A stretch of 64,000 nucleotides of DNA. Source: Burkholderiales bacterium (GTDB taxonomy: Bacteria > Pseudomonadota > Gammaproteobacteria > Burkholderiales > SG8-41). Where the stretch lies: assembly GCA_043743335.1 (NCBI GenBank), contig JAYTWR010000004.1:1708-65707 (forward strand), written 5' to 3'. This document shows positions 36,398 to 45,888 of this stretch, one piece after another; the first letter of the stretch is position 1, and every line of letters begins with the position of its first letter. The notes beneath the pieces were generated by a model. That model searched no databases. It saw only the letters and a list, made by a program, of their open reading frames with translations, and had not been told where the DNA came from. A program made the translations under genes and the position numbers.

Positions 36398-37246
36398 ATG
36401 TCCCATAGCAACGAACCCGACGCGGCGGATTTAAGTCCCGAAGCGGTACTGGCGCGCGCCACTGCCGCGCGCGGCGACATTTTCCCCGAATGGAAAACGC
36501 TGGTGTATGCGTCGCCGAAAACGTATCACCTGATCAATCAAACCGTGAGCTATTTGCATCAGTATGACGGGCAGCAGGCGGCAGCCGGGCAATTGTCGGT
36601 GCCCATGCGCGAGCTGATTGCGATACCGGCGTTGTGCAGCAAAGGCGATCTGCGTCACGCGCCGAATCACATCCGCCGCATGTATCGTGAGGGCTTGACG
36701 AATAAGGCGCTGTTCGAAGGCGCAGCGGCGTTTGCGTCGGTGGTGGGTTGGGCGAGTTTGACGTACGTTTCGCTGGCCATAGCACAAGCGAACAGCGCGG
36801 ATTATCCGTTCGGCAAATTGCCGCCGGGCGGCGAACCCAAAGCCCTGACGCCATTCCCAGAAATGCAGCTCGGACGAATGCGTGTTCGTGCGGGCAGTGA
36901 CAGCCTAGCGCACCGTGACGAATGGCGCTATGCGGCTGAAATCGATCCTGAACTCGTGCGTCGCGCGTCAGCGTTTGTGGATCACTGCACGGGCGCAGAC
37001 AGCGCGGATGAAGACCCACAAAATGCCCTACTGGGCCCGGGGCCACGCGCGCTGATTGTGATCGCGGCGCTCTGCACGCGCGGCGAGGTGGACATGGCGG
37101 CTGAGCAAATGCGTCGCGCCTACGACTACGGCATGACGCGCCGTCAGGTGCTGGAAGCGATTTGCTGCGTGGTGCCGATGACCGGCATGGTGTCCGCCAC
37201 GCTGGGTTTGCGGGCGATGCGGTTGGTGGATAAAAATACCAATTAA
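36398..37246 (+). CDS. carboxymuconolactone decarboxylase (AhpD-like) family protein, two CMD repeats
   Basis: ATG 36398 after AAGGAG. Two CMD-like segments (ELIAIPALCSKGDL.HAPNHIRR and LIVIAALCTRGEVDMAAEQMRR). Confidence 0.7.
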   Translation: MSHSNEPDAADLSPEAVLARATAARGDIFPEWKTLVYASPKTYHLINQTVSYLHQYDGQQAAAGQLSVPMRELIAIPALCSKGDLRHAPNHIRRMYREGLTNKALFEGAAAFASVVGWASLTYVSLAIAQANSADYPFGKLPPGGEPKALTPFPEMQLGRMRVRAGSDSLAHRDEWRYAAEIDPELVRRASAFVDHCTGADSADEDPQNALLGPGPRALIVIAALCTRGEVDMAAEQMRRAYDYGMTRRQVLEAICCVVPMTGMVSATLGLRAMRLVDKNTN

Positions 37247-37259
37247 AACAAATAGTTAC
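37241..37259 (+). repeat. AT-rich motif copy, one mismatch (AATTAAAACAAATAGTTAC)
   Basis: It contains the TAA stop (37244-37246) of the CMD gene and ends 1 nt before ATG 37261 of the Bug gene. Confidence 0.55.
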
Positions 37260-37260
37260 G

Positions 37261-38313
37261 ATGAGGTTACTAGTGGAAAAGCCGGTACACATGGATAGCG
37301 CACTACAGACGGCCCGATGGATTCCCGCGTGGCCCGCAACCGCGGCAATCGTCAGTGCTGTCCTCCTGACAGGCATGCCGCCTGCACCGCACGCGTATGC
37401 CGCTGACGCCTACCCGGTGAAAACCATACGCATCGTCATCGGCTTTACCGCCGGTGGCAACAGCGATGCCATGGCGCGGCCGATGGCGCGGCGGTTGTCT
37501 GAGGCCACCGGCCAGCAGGTCATTATCGACAATCGGCCCGGTGCATCTGGCAATATCGGTATGGAGCTGGTGGCGCGCGCTGCGCCCGACGGCTACACCA
37601 TTTTTAGCGGCCCGGCGTCGAGTTTGACAGTCAATCCGCACATCGCAGAGCGCATGCCGATAGACACACTGCGCGATCTCGCGCCGGTGGTGTCGCTGGG
37701 GCAGTTTACTTCGGTGCTGGTTTCGCACCCGTCGTTACCGGCAAAAACCGTGGCCGAGTTAATTGCGCTGGCCAAGCAGCGACCGGGGCAGATCACGTTT
37801 AGTTCACCGGGCAACGGCACCGGCTTTCATCTCGCTGGCGAACTCTTCAAGCTGCATGCTGGCATCAAGGCGCTGCACGTGCCCTATGCGCAAATCAGCC
37901 CCATGCTGGCCGATTTGATGGGCGGGCGTGTGGACATGATGTTTTTCTCTGTGGCGGTGGTTGCGCCGCACGTGAAATCCGGCAAGCTGCGCGCGATTGC
38001 AACCACCGGCAGAGAGCGCTCGCCAGCGATGCCTGAGGCGCCGACGTTTCGTGAGTTGGGATTACCGAGCTATGAATACAGCGCCTGGCACGGCATCTTC
38101 GCGCCGGCAGCCATGCCCAAAGACCTCGTGGAGCGCTTGAACGAGCTCATTACCAAGGTGCTGGCGCTGCCGGACGTGCGCGACTTTTACATTGCGCAAA
38201 ACGTCTACCCGATGCCCCTCACCCCCGCAGCCCTTGCCGAGCGCGTGCGCACTGAGCACGATAAATGGCGCAAGGTGATTCGCGATGCCGGGATCAAGCC
38301 GGGGTTGGGTTAA
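37261..38313 (+). CDS. Bug/TctC-family substrate-binding protein
   Basis: ..YPVKTIRIVIGFTAGGNSDAMARPMARRL.. and a Bug-type C-terminus. An alternative start is ATG 37291. Confidence 0.9.
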   Translation: MRLLVEKPVHMDSALQTARWIPAWPATAAIVSAVLLTGMPPAPHAYAADAYPVKTIRIVIGFTAGGNSDAMARPMARRLSEATGQQVIIDNRPGASGNIGMELVARAAPDGYTIFSGPASSLTVNPHIAERMPIDTLRDLAPVVSLGQFTSVLVSHPSLPAKTVAELIALAKQRPGQITFSSPGNGTGFHLAGELFKLHAGIKALHVPYAQISPMLADLMGGRVDMMFFSVAVVAPHVKSGKLRAIATTGRERSPAMPEAPTFRELGLPSYEYSAWHGIFAPAAMPKDLVERLNELITKVLALPDVRDFYIAQNVYPMPLTPAALAERVRTEHDKWRKVIRDAGIKPGLG

Positions 38314-38333
38314 AGGGGGGGGCACTACCAAGG

Positions 38334-39515
38334 CTACGCGGGGCGGATATTCAGTAGATGCCGCGCTGCATCTATCGTTTCACTCGCCGTCAGCCCCACA
38401 GGCCCCAAGCCATCGGCGACGCACTGATTCGCCGCCGCACCATGCAGCCCTACGGCAGCGTCCAACGCGTGCGGCGCCTCGACACCTTGCGCCAATAACG
38501 CAGCGATGATGCCCGTCAGCACATCTCCCATGCCTGCACTGGCCATGCCCGGATTGCCGGACGTGTTGATGCGCCACGGTTGGCCGGGCGACGCGCATAC
38601 GCTGCCTGCGCCTTTGAGCACGACGTGTGCGTTGAATTGATGCGCCAATTTTTCGGTGGCGGCGATGCGGTTGGCCTGCACTTCGCCCGTGGTGCAGCCG
38701 AGCAGGCGTGCCGCTTCGGCAGGATGGGGCGTCAGCAGTTTTTCTGTAACTATTTGATTTAATAGGGTTTTTAGTTTTTCGGACACGGCGATAAGATTTA
38801 AGGCATCCGCATCGATCACTAAAGGCCGCGTGGACGCAAGCGCCGCTTCAAGGCAAGCCATAGCTTCCGGCGATTGGCCTAGGCCGGGACCGATGGCGAG
38901 GCAACTGAGGTGATCCAGCATCAATACGTCGCCGGCCGTGCGCAGCATTAATTCGGGTTGCGCAACATCCAGCAGCGGCGCATCGCGTGCCAGCAAGCCC
39001 ACGTAAACACGGCCTGCCCCCAGTTTTAACGCTGCGCGTCCCGCAAGCAAAGCGGCACCCACCATGCCGTCGGCACCGCCAATGATGCCGACACTGCCGT
39101 GACTGCCTTTGTGTGAGTTGCGCGGGCGCTGCGCGAGGGGTTGTGTGGCACCGAGCACGCGGCCCGGTGCGGCCTCGTTGCCGCTATTAAGCGCGAGATC
39201 CGCCACAACGATCTCGCCGCAGCAATCCGGCCCGTCCAGCGTCAACAGGCCCGGTTTCGCGGCGATGAAAGTGATGGTGTGTGTGGCGCGTACGCAGCAG
39301 CCGTGACCTTGGCCGGTGTCGGCGTTGAGGCCGCTGGGGATGTCGATGGCGAGCACGGGCGTGCGGCCGGTGCTTCGGTTATTGATAGCGGCGATCCATT
39401 CCGCGTAGCGACCCGTAATGTCGCGGGTGAGGCCGATACCGAAGAGTCCGTCGATGATCAGACACCCATCATTTTTGTCCGGCACGGTAGCGATAGTGGT
39501 GCCGCCGATGTCCAA
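38334..39515 (-). CDS. nnr: NAD(P)H-hydrate repair enzyme Nnr: intact ADP-dependent dehydratase domain, truncated epimerase domain
   Basis: The C-terminal domain has HKGSHGSVGIIGG..., LTPHPAEAARLLG, KGAGS and GMASAGMGDVLTG. Only the last ~70 aa of the YjeF_N epimerase domain (IIDGLFGIGL..AIDIPSGL) are present. The TTG start at 39515 is doubtful. Confidence 0.75.
   Translation of the reverse strand: MDIGGTTIATVPDKNDGCLIIDGLFGIGLTRDITGRYAEWIAAINNRSTGRTPVLAIDIPSGLNADTGQGHGCCVRATHTITFIAAKPGLLTLDGPDCCGEIVVADLALNSGNEAAPGRVLGATQPLAQRPRNSHKGSHGSVGIIGGADGMVGAALLAGRAALKLGAGRVYVGLLARDAPLLDVAQPELMLRTAGDVLMLDHLSCLAIGPGLGQSPEAMACLEAALASTRPLVIDADALNLIAVSEKLKTLLNQIVTEKLLTPHPAEAARLLGCTTGEVQANRIAATEKLAHQFNAHVVLKGAGSVCASPGQPWRINTSGNPGMASAGMGDVLTGIIAALLAQGVEAPHALDAAVGLHGAAANQCVADGLGPVGLTASETIDAARHLLNIRPA
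38746..38765 (-). repeat. AT-rich IHF-consensus motif copy inside nnr coding sequence
   Basis: The minus strand reads CTATTAAATCAAATAGTTAC and is translated LLNQIVT. Exact AATCAAATAGTTA core. Confidence 0.65.
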
Positions 39516-39638
39516 CCATTTTGCGTATGCCAGCAGTCAAATACAGCGGCGTGCCATGCGTCATTTTGGCGAGCATCATGCGTATTAGTTTAGCGGAAAA
39601 GCGGTGGTACAATATGGCTTTACAGAGTCTGAAAACCG

Positions 39639-42600
39639 ATGATTCTGCGTCTCCGGGGGCGGCGAGCCCTCTCTGATTTTCGCCTTGCCAAACTTTCCCA
39701 GTCGCTACCGGCGTCGTTTGCTGGGCTGACATTGCATGCTGAGTTTTGGCATTTTGTTGAACTCACGAGTGCCGTGTCTGCCCTGTCCGCCGCCGAGCTT
39801 GAGCGGCTCGAACGCATTCTGACCTATGGTCCGGTTGGCCCGGTCGGCGCTGTGGATACCGCGCAAGGCGAAGTGCTGCTGGTGACACCGCGGCCCGGTA
39901 CGATTTCACCGTGGTCTTCCAAGGCAACCGACATCGCGCGGCATTGCGGGCTGGAAGCCGTGCGCCGCATTGAGCGCGGCACGGTGTTCCGGGTGAGCGG
40001 CGTTGATTTCGGTGAAGCACGCCCGGCATTGTTGCCGCTGATACACGACCGCATGACCGAGGTGGTGTTCGCGTCGCTGGAAGATGCCGACAAGCTGTTT
40101 CAACGCTTCGAACCCAAGCCGCTGGCGACCGTGGATATTCTCGGCGGCGGTGTGCAAGCCTTGGCGCGAGCGAATCGTGACATGGGCCTAGCGTTGTCGG
40201 AAGACGAAATCAGCTATCTCGTTGAGCACTTCACGCGCATGGCGCGCAATCCCACCGACGTTGAGCTGATGATGTTCGCACAGGCCAATTCGGAACATTG
40301 CCGCCACAAGATTTTCAACGCCGATTGGGTGATCGACGGGCAGATCAAAGACATTTCCTTGTTCGGCATGATACGCACTACGCACGCCAAGCATCCGCAA
40401 GGCACGGTGGTGGCGTATTCGGACAATTCGTCGATTATCGAGGGCGCGCGTGTCGCGCGGTTTTATCCCGGCACGGATGGCGCGTATCGATTCGTTGAGG
40501 ACGACACACACATTTTGATGAAGGTGGAAACCCACAATCACCCGACGGCGATTGCGCCCTATCCGGGCGCGGCCACCGGCTCCGGCGGTGAAATTCGTGA
40601 CGAAGGTGCGACCGGGCGCGGCTCCAAACCCAAGGCCGGGCTGACAGGGTTTAGTGTGTCGAATCTGCGCATCCCCGGCGCGCTGCAACCGTGGGAGCGC
40701 GCATCCGAGTCATACGGCAAGCCCGGACGCATCGCGTCGGCCTTGCAAATCATGCTCGACGGACCCATCGGCGGCGCGGCGTTTAACAACGAATTCGGGC
40801 GTCCCAATCTCACCGGTTACTTTCGCACGTATGAGCAGTCGGTGGCCGGCGAAATGCGTGGCTATCACAAGCCGATCATGATGGCGGGCGGCGTTGGCAA
40901 CATCGCCGCACGCCATGCCTTCAAAGCCGAGCCGCAGGCGGGCGCGTTGCTGATTCAGTTGGGCGGGCCGGGCATGTTGATTGGCCTGGGCGGCGGTGCT
41001 GCGTCGAGCATGGATACCGGTGCGAATCAAGAAGATTTAGATTTTGATTCCGTGCAGCGCGGCAATGCGGAAATTCAGCGTCGCGCGCAGGAAGTGATCG
41101 ATCGGTGCTGCGCGCTGGCCGACGCCAATCCGATTTTGTCGATACACGATGTCGGCGCAGGCGGTATTTCAAATGCGTTGCCGGAAATGGTGCATCAGGC
41201 CGGACGTGGCGGACGGTTTAATTTGCGTAAAGTGCCCAGTGAAGAGCCGGGTATGTCGCCGTTGCAAATCTGGTGCAACGAGTCGCAGGAGCGCTACGTG
41301 ATGGCGATAGCGCCGGATTCGCTGGCGGCCTTTGATGCGATTTGCGCGCGTGAACGTTGCCCGTACGCGGTGGTGGGCGAGGCGACGGACGACGGGCGCT
41401 TGACCGTGCACGATTCCGTGTTCAACAACAACGCGGTGGACATGGATTTGTCGGTGCTGCTTGGCAAGCCGCCGAAAATGACGCGGCGCGTGGCGCGTAT
41501 CGCAAGTGTTATTCAAGTATTTGATTTTAAAGGAATAAATTTACGCGAAGCCGCATACCGCGTGTTGCGCATACCGTCGGTGGCGGACAAAACCTTTTTG
41601 ATCAGCATCGGGGACCGCAGCGTCGGCGGCATGACGGCGCGTGACCAGATGGTTGGTCCGTGGCAGGTGCCGGTGGCGGATGTGGCGGTGACGCTGATGG
41701 GTTTTAACACCGTGCGCGGCGAAGCCTTTGCAATGGGCGAGCGCACGCCGCTGGCGGTGATTAACGCGGTAGCGTCGGGCCGCATGGCGGTGGGCGAGGC
41801 GATTACCAATATCGCTGCGGCACCGATTGCGAAAATCGGCGACATCAAACTCTCGGCCAACTGGATGGCGGCAGCGGGCCACGGCGGTGAAGATGCGGCC
41901 TTGTTCGACACCGTGCACGCGGTGGCGATGGCATTGTGCCCGCAGTTGGGCATTAGCATCCCGGTGGGCAAAGATTCGTTGTCCATGAAAACCGCGTGGT
42001 CGGATGGCGGGCAGAAAAAAGAAGTGATCGCGCCGCTGTCGCTGATTGTGTCGGCGTTTGCCCCGGTGTTAGACGCTCGTAACACCCTGACGCCACAACT
42101 GCGCACCGATTGCGGCGAAACGGTGTTGCTGTTAATCGACTTGGCCGTCGGCAAACAGCGTTTGGGTGGTTCGGCCTTGGCGCAGGCTTTTAGCGCGACG
42201 GGCGCGGTGACGCCCGATGTGGAGTCGCCTGCAGCCATAGTTGAATTTATTCAACAAAAACAATTGGTTACAGATGCCGGCCAAATTTTGGCTTACCACG
42301 ACCGCTCAGATGGCGGCTTGTTTGCCACTGCGTGTGAAATGATGTTCGCGGGGCGTACCGGCGTGACTTTACAGTTGCCCGCAGGCGCAGCGCTAATCGA
42401 GACTTTGTTTAACGAAGAGTTGGGCGTGGTGCTGCAAGTGCGCGCAGGCGACGAGGCGGCGGTGTGTGGCGCGTTCGGCATGGCTTGCCGTCGCATCGGC
42501 GTGTTGAATGCCGATGCAATGTTGCGCATTGAAGCAGGCGGCCACGAAGTATTTTGTGAATCGCGTGTCGAGCTGCACCGCGCTTGGTCCGACACCACTT

Positions 42601-43514
42601 GGCGCATGCAGACGCTGCGCGACAACCCGCAATGTGCGCAGGAAGAATTTGATCGCATTCTCGATGTTGCCGATCCGGGTATGACGCCGGTGCTGACGTT
42701 TGACCCCGTGCAAAATGTTGCCACGCCGTTCATCAATAAGGGCGCGCGGCCGCGCATGGCCATCCTGCGCGAGCAAGGCGTCAACGGGCAAATCGAAATG
42801 GCCGCAGCGTTTGATCGCGCAGGTTTTGCGGCGGTGGACGTGCACATGAGCGACATTATCGTGGGGCGTGTGAGTCTGGCTGACTTCAAAGGCTTTGCGG
42901 CGTGCGGCGGATTTTCCTATGGCGACGTGCTGGGGGCGGGCGAGGGCTGGGCTAAATCAATTCTGTTCAACGCACGCGCGCGCGACGAATTCGAGGCGTT
43001 TTTCAAACGCGACGGTGCCTTCGCGCTGGGTGTGTGCAACGGTTGTCAGATGATGAGCAACTTGCGCACGCTGATTCCCGGTGCCGGCATCTGGCCGCAT
43101 TTTGTGAAGAACAAATCCGAGCAGTTCGAAGCGCGTGTGGCGATGCTGGAAATTCAGTCTTCGCCTTCGCTGTTTTTTGACGGCATGGCCGGTAGTCGTT
43201 TGCCGGTGGCGGTGGCGCATGGCGAGGGCTATGCGGAATTCACCGACGCAGCCGCACTGACGCAGGCGCAGCCGCTGGTTGCGCTGCGCTTTGTGGATAA
43301 CGCAGGGCAGGTGACAGAGCGCTACCCGCTCAATCCCAATGGCTCAACGCAAGGTATCACCGGACTCACCACGGCCGATGGTCGTTTCACCATTTTGATG
43401 CCGCACCCGGAACGCGTGTTCAGAACGGTGCAGCATTCGTGGCACCCCGATGGCTGGGGCGAGAACGGGCCGTGGCTACGCATGTTCGGCAATGCGCGCA
43501 AGTGGCTGGGTTGA
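39639..43514 (+). CDS. purL: phosphoribosylformylglycinamide synthase (single-chain, large PurL)
   Basis: 1291-aa ORF starting [19 protein letters not shown]. Contains [17 protein letters not shown], and a C-terminal glutaminase domain with GVCNGCQMM. Confidence 0.97.
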   Translation: MILRLRGRRALSDFRLAKLSQSLPASFAGLTLHAEFWHFVELTSAVSALSAAELERLERILTYGPVGPVGAVDTAQGEVLLVTPRPGTISPWSSKATDIARHCGLEAVRRIERGTVFRVSGVDFGEARPALLPLIHDRMTEVVFASLEDADKLFQRFEPKPLATVDILGGGVQALARANRDMGLALSEDEISYLVEHFTRMARNPTDVELMMFAQANSEHCRHKIFNADWVIDGQIKDISLFGMIRTTHAKHPQGTVVAYSDNSSIIEGARVARFYPGTDGAYRFVEDDTHILMKVETHNHPTAIAPYPGAATGSGGEIRDEGATGRGSKPKAGLTGFSVSNLRIPGALQPWERASESYGKPGRIASALQIMLDGPIGGAAFNNEFGRPNLTGYFRTYEQSVAGEMRGYHKPIMMAGGVGNIAARHAFKAEPQAGALLIQLGGPGMLIGLGGGAASSMDTGANQEDLDFDSVQRGNAEIQRRAQEVIDRCCALADANPILSIHDVGAGGISNALPEMVHQAGRGGRFNLRKVPSEEPGMSPLQIWCNESQERYVMAIAPDSLAAFDAICARERCPYAVVGEATDDGRLTVHDSVFNNNAVDMDLSVLLGKPPKMTRRVARIASVIQVFDFKGINLREAAYRVLRIPSVADKTFLISIGDRSVGGMTARDQMVGPWQVPVADVAVTLMGFNTVRGEAFAMGERTPLAVINAVASGRMAVGEAITNIAAAPIAKIGDIKLSANWMAAAGHGGEDAALFDTVHAVAMALCPQLGISIPVGKDSLSMKTAWSDGGQKKEVIAPLSLIVSAFAPVLDARNTLTPQLRTDCGETVLLLIDLAVGKQRLGGSALAQAFSATGAVTPDVESPAAIVEFIQQKQLVTDAGQILAYHDRSDGGLFATACEMMFAGRTGVTLQLPAGAALIETLFNEELGVVLQVRAGDEAAVCGAFGMACRRIGVLNADAMLRIEAGGHEVFCESRVELHRAWSDTTWRMQTLRDNPQCAQEEFDRILDVADPGMTPVLTFDPVQNVATPFINKGARPRMAILREQGVNGQIEMAAAFDRAGFAAVDVHMSDIIVGRVSLADFKGFAACGGFSYGDVLGAGEGWAKSILFNARARDEFEAFFKRDGAFALGVCNGCQMMSNLRTLIPGAGIWPHFVKNKSEQFEARVAMLEIQSSPSLFFDGMAGSRLPVAVAHGEGYAEFTDAAALTQAQPLVALRFVDNAGQVTERYPLNPNGSTQGITGLTTADGRFTILMPHPERVFRTVQHSWHPDGWGENGPWLRMFGNARKWLG
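41514..41533 (-). repeat. AT-rich IHF-consensus motif copy inside purL (reverse orientation)
   Basis: Plus strand CAAGTATTTGATTTTAAAGG is translated QVFDFKG. Minus-strand core AATCAAATACTTG. Confidence 0.6.
42251..42271 (+). repeat. AT-rich motif copy inside purL, one mismatch (TCAACAAAAACAATTGGTTAC)
   Basis: Translated QQKQLVT. It differs from the consensus at the positions that would create TAA. Confidence 0.6.
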
Positions 43515-43577
43515 TCGTGAGCGGGCCGGGTATCGATCCCGCATGGCGCAATTAAGTTAAAAACGACGCTTGCCACA

Positions 43578-43610
43578 GAGGACACCGAGGACACCGAGGA
43601 CACCGAGGAC
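43578..43610. repeat. 9-bp tandem repeat GAGGACACC x3.7 enclosed by inverted GCCACAG/CTGTGGC
   Basis: Read directly, 64 nt downstream of the purL stop. Confidence 0.85.
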
Positions 43611-43633
43611 TGTGGCTAACGGCTTTTTCCAAT

Positions 43634-43664
43634 AAAAAACGGCGGAACAAATACGCCGTTTTTA
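43634..43664. terminator. bidirectional rho-independent terminator (purL / ppiC convergent)
   Basis: AAAAACGGCG-GAACAAATA-CGCCGTTTTT. Confidence 0.75.
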
Positions 43665-43667
43665 TTG

Positions 43668-43686
43668 TTAAAAATCAATGACTTAC
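43668..43686 (+). repeat. AT-rich IHF-consensus motif copy (TTAAAAATCAATGACTTAC)
   Basis: Exact core AATCAATGACTTA. It overlaps the stop codon (43683-43685) of the minus-strand PPIase gene. Confidence 0.6.
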
Positions 43687-44489
43687 TCTATTTTTGCCTT
43701 AGCCCGCATATCCGCCAGCATTTTCTGGATTTGCTGGCCTTGCAGCATTTGCTGAATCTGCGGCTTGGCTTCTTCCAGCGTCGGCACTTTGGTCGCGCGC
43801 TCGTCGTCCAGCCGTATCACGTGAAAGCCGAACTCGGATTGCACCGGGGTATCGGTCAGTTGGCCTTTTTTGAGTTTGCCTAAGGCCTCGCTGAAGGGCT
43901 TGACGTAGCGGCCCGCGGGAGCCCAATCGAGATCGCCGCCGCGTGTTTTGGAGCCGGTGTCTTTGGATTTATCCGCCGCCAGCTTGTCGAAGCTGCCCCC
44001 CTTTTTGAGTTGCGCAATGATGTCTTTGGCTTCGTCTTCTTTTTCTACCAAGATGTGCCGTGCCTTGTATTCCTTGGCGGGAATGGTGGGCTTGACGCGT
44101 TCGTATTCCTTTTTGACGGCGTCATCGTTCACCGGGTTGGCCTTCATGTAGTCCTGAACAAAGGCGTTGACCAGGGTTTCCTGACGTTGCAAGTCGAGCT
44201 GCGCAGCGACTTCCGGGGTTTTTTGCATGCCTTTTTTCACCGCTTCCTGCGCGACCACTTCCTGATTGATCAGGGTCTCACGCAGTTGATTGCGCACTTC
44301 GGGCGTATCCGGCTGTTTGCTGGCGGCGCGCATTTTGAGAATGGTGTCGAGCCGCGCCTGCGGGATTTCCACGCCGTTGACCTTGGCGACTTGGGCGTGG
44401 GCCGGAGCGGCCAGCAAGCCGGCAGTCGTCAAAACCACTGCGGCCACCGAAGCGGCGATGTTGTTGGGTGAAAAACGGGGGGCGTGCAT
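43683..44489 (-). CDS. periplasmic parvulin-type peptidyl-prolyl cis-trans isomerase (PpiC/SurA-like)
   Basis: ATG 44489 after AAGGAA. Signal peptide ..LLAAPAHAQ. Rotamase block YKARHILV...GGDLDW....F...A......G.....PV.SEFGFHVIRL. Confidence 0.85.
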   Translation of the reverse strand: MHAPRFSPNNIAASVAAVVLTTAGLLAAPAHAQVAKVNGVEIPQARLDTILKMRAASKQPDTPEVRNQLRETLINQEVVAQEAVKKGMQKTPEVAAQLDLQRQETLVNAFVQDYMKANPVNDDAVKKEYERVKPTIPAKEYKARHILVEKEDEAKDIIAQLKKGGSFDKLAADKSKDTGSKTRGGDLDWAPAGRYVKPFSEALGKLKKGQLTDTPVQSEFGFHVIRLDDERATKVPTLEEAKPQIQQMLQGQQIQKMLADMRAKAKIE

Positions 44490-44517
44490 AAATGAATTCC
44501 TTGGTGGTTGTGTGTCT

Positions 44518-44781
44518 TCAGATTTCTTCGGGTGCAAATGCTTTTATGGACAAGGCATGAATAGCGGTTTGCATCATTGGGCCGAGCGCATCGTAAACCA
44601 AGCGATGTCGCGCAGGCAACGTCAAACCGTGAAATTGTGCCGAAACCAGCAACAATTGGTAGTGCCCGCCGCCAGCTTTGGCGCCTTCGTGCCCGACGTG
44701 GCGACCGGAATCATCGAGGATCTCGATGGATTCAGGCGTTAGCGCAGCGAGGCGTTGCTGCATGTGTTCAATAGTATTCAA
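44518..44781 (-). CDS. BolA-family protein
   Basis: 87-aa ORF. ..DDSGRHVGHEG...GGHYQLLLVSAQFHGLTLPARHRLVYDAL....IHALSIKAF is the BolA fold signature. Confidence 0.85.
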   Translation of the reverse strand: MNTIEHMQQRLAALTPESIEILDDSGRHVGHEGAKAGGGHYQLLLVSAQFHGLTLPARHRLVYDALGPMMQTAIHALSIKAFAPEEI

Positions 44782-44844
44782 TGCGTCGCGCTTTTTTAAA
44801 TGACTGCTGTCAGAGACCCGCCGACCGGGAAAGGGTTCCCGTAG

Positions 44845-45411
44845 TCAGTCGGACTTGACCGGCGGCTGCGCTTGATCGGGCTGATCCGGTAACAGGTGTT
44901 TGCTGATCAACAAAGCCTGACCGATCATGAACACCAGCATCAGGCCCATGCCGCCAAACATCTTGAAATTCACCCAAGTATCGGTTGAATAGTTGAAGGC
45001 GACATACAGGTTCAACACGCCCATCAAAATGAAAAACACGATCCAGCTCACCAGCAGTTTGCCCCAAATGGCGTCAGGTAACGCCACGGATTTTTCCATC
45101 ATGGCGCGGATGAGATTTTTCTTGAACAACAAGGCTGCGCCCCCCAGTGCAGCGGAAAACAGCCAGTACAGCACCGTGGGCTTCCACTTGATGAAGGTTT
45201 CATTTTGCAATATTAGTGTCGCGCCGCCGAACACCGTGATTACGCCCAAGCTCACCCACAGCATGGGTTCAATCTTGCGATGCCTGAACCATACCCAGCC
45301 GATTTGTGCGAACGAGGCCGCGATGGCCACCGCCGTGGCCGTATAAATGCCGTAAAACTTAAACGCCGCGAAGAACAGAATCACGGGGAACATGTCGAAC
45401 AAAAACTTCAT
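44845..45411 (-). CDS. yciB: intracellular septation protein A (YciB/IspZ)
   Basis: [30 protein letters not shown].., five TM segments and about 188 aa. Confidence 0.9.
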   Translation of the reverse strand: MKFLFDMFPVILFFAAFKFYGIYTATAVAIAASFAQIGWVWFRHRKIEPMLWVSLGVITVFGGATLILQNETFIKWKPTVLYWLFSAALGGAALLFKKNLIRAMMEKSVALPDAIWGKLLVSWIVFFILMGVLNLYVAFNYSTDTWVNFKMFGGMGLMLVFMIGQALLISKHLLPDQPDQAQPPVKSD

Positions 45412-45441
45412 GGCGTCAAACCTTTGTGGTCTTAACTAGTC

Positions 45442-45837
45442 TTAAGTTTTTTCAAACTTCAGCGAAGCGGAATTGATGCAATAACGCAGCCCGGTGGGCT
45501 TGGGGCCGTCTTCAAACACATGGCCCAAGTGCGCATCGCAGCGGCTGCACAGCGCCTCAGTGCGGCGCATGAAAAAGCTGTTGTCTGATTCCGACGCCAC
45601 ATTTTCCGCAACGGCAGGTTGCCAAAAGCTGGGCCAGCCGGTACCGGATTCAAATTTGTGCTCGGACTTGAATAATTCTGTGTCGCAGCAGATGCAGCGA
45701 TATACGCCGTGTTCATGGTTATCCCAATACGCGCCGGTGAATGCGCGCTCGGTGCCTTTTTTGCGCGCGACATCGAATTGCTCGTTGTTGAGCATTTGTT
45801 TCCATTCGGCGTCGGTTTTTTTCACTTTGTCAGTCAT
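45442..45837 (-). CDS. msrB: peptide-methionine (R)-S-oxide reductase
   Basis: 131-aa ORF with two CxxC pairs ([21 protein letters not shown]) and RYCINS. Confidence 0.95.
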   Translation of the reverse strand: MTDKVKKTDAEWKQMLNNEQFDVARKKGTERAFTGAYWDNHEHGVYRCICCDTELFKSEHKFESGTGWPSFWQPAVAENVASESDNSFFMRRTEALCSRCDAHLGHVFEDGPKPTGLRYCINSASLKFEKT

Positions 45838-45888
45838 GGCGTCTCGTAAAAATGTGGTGCTGATTCAGTCGCGTTCAAGACGCGCAAC

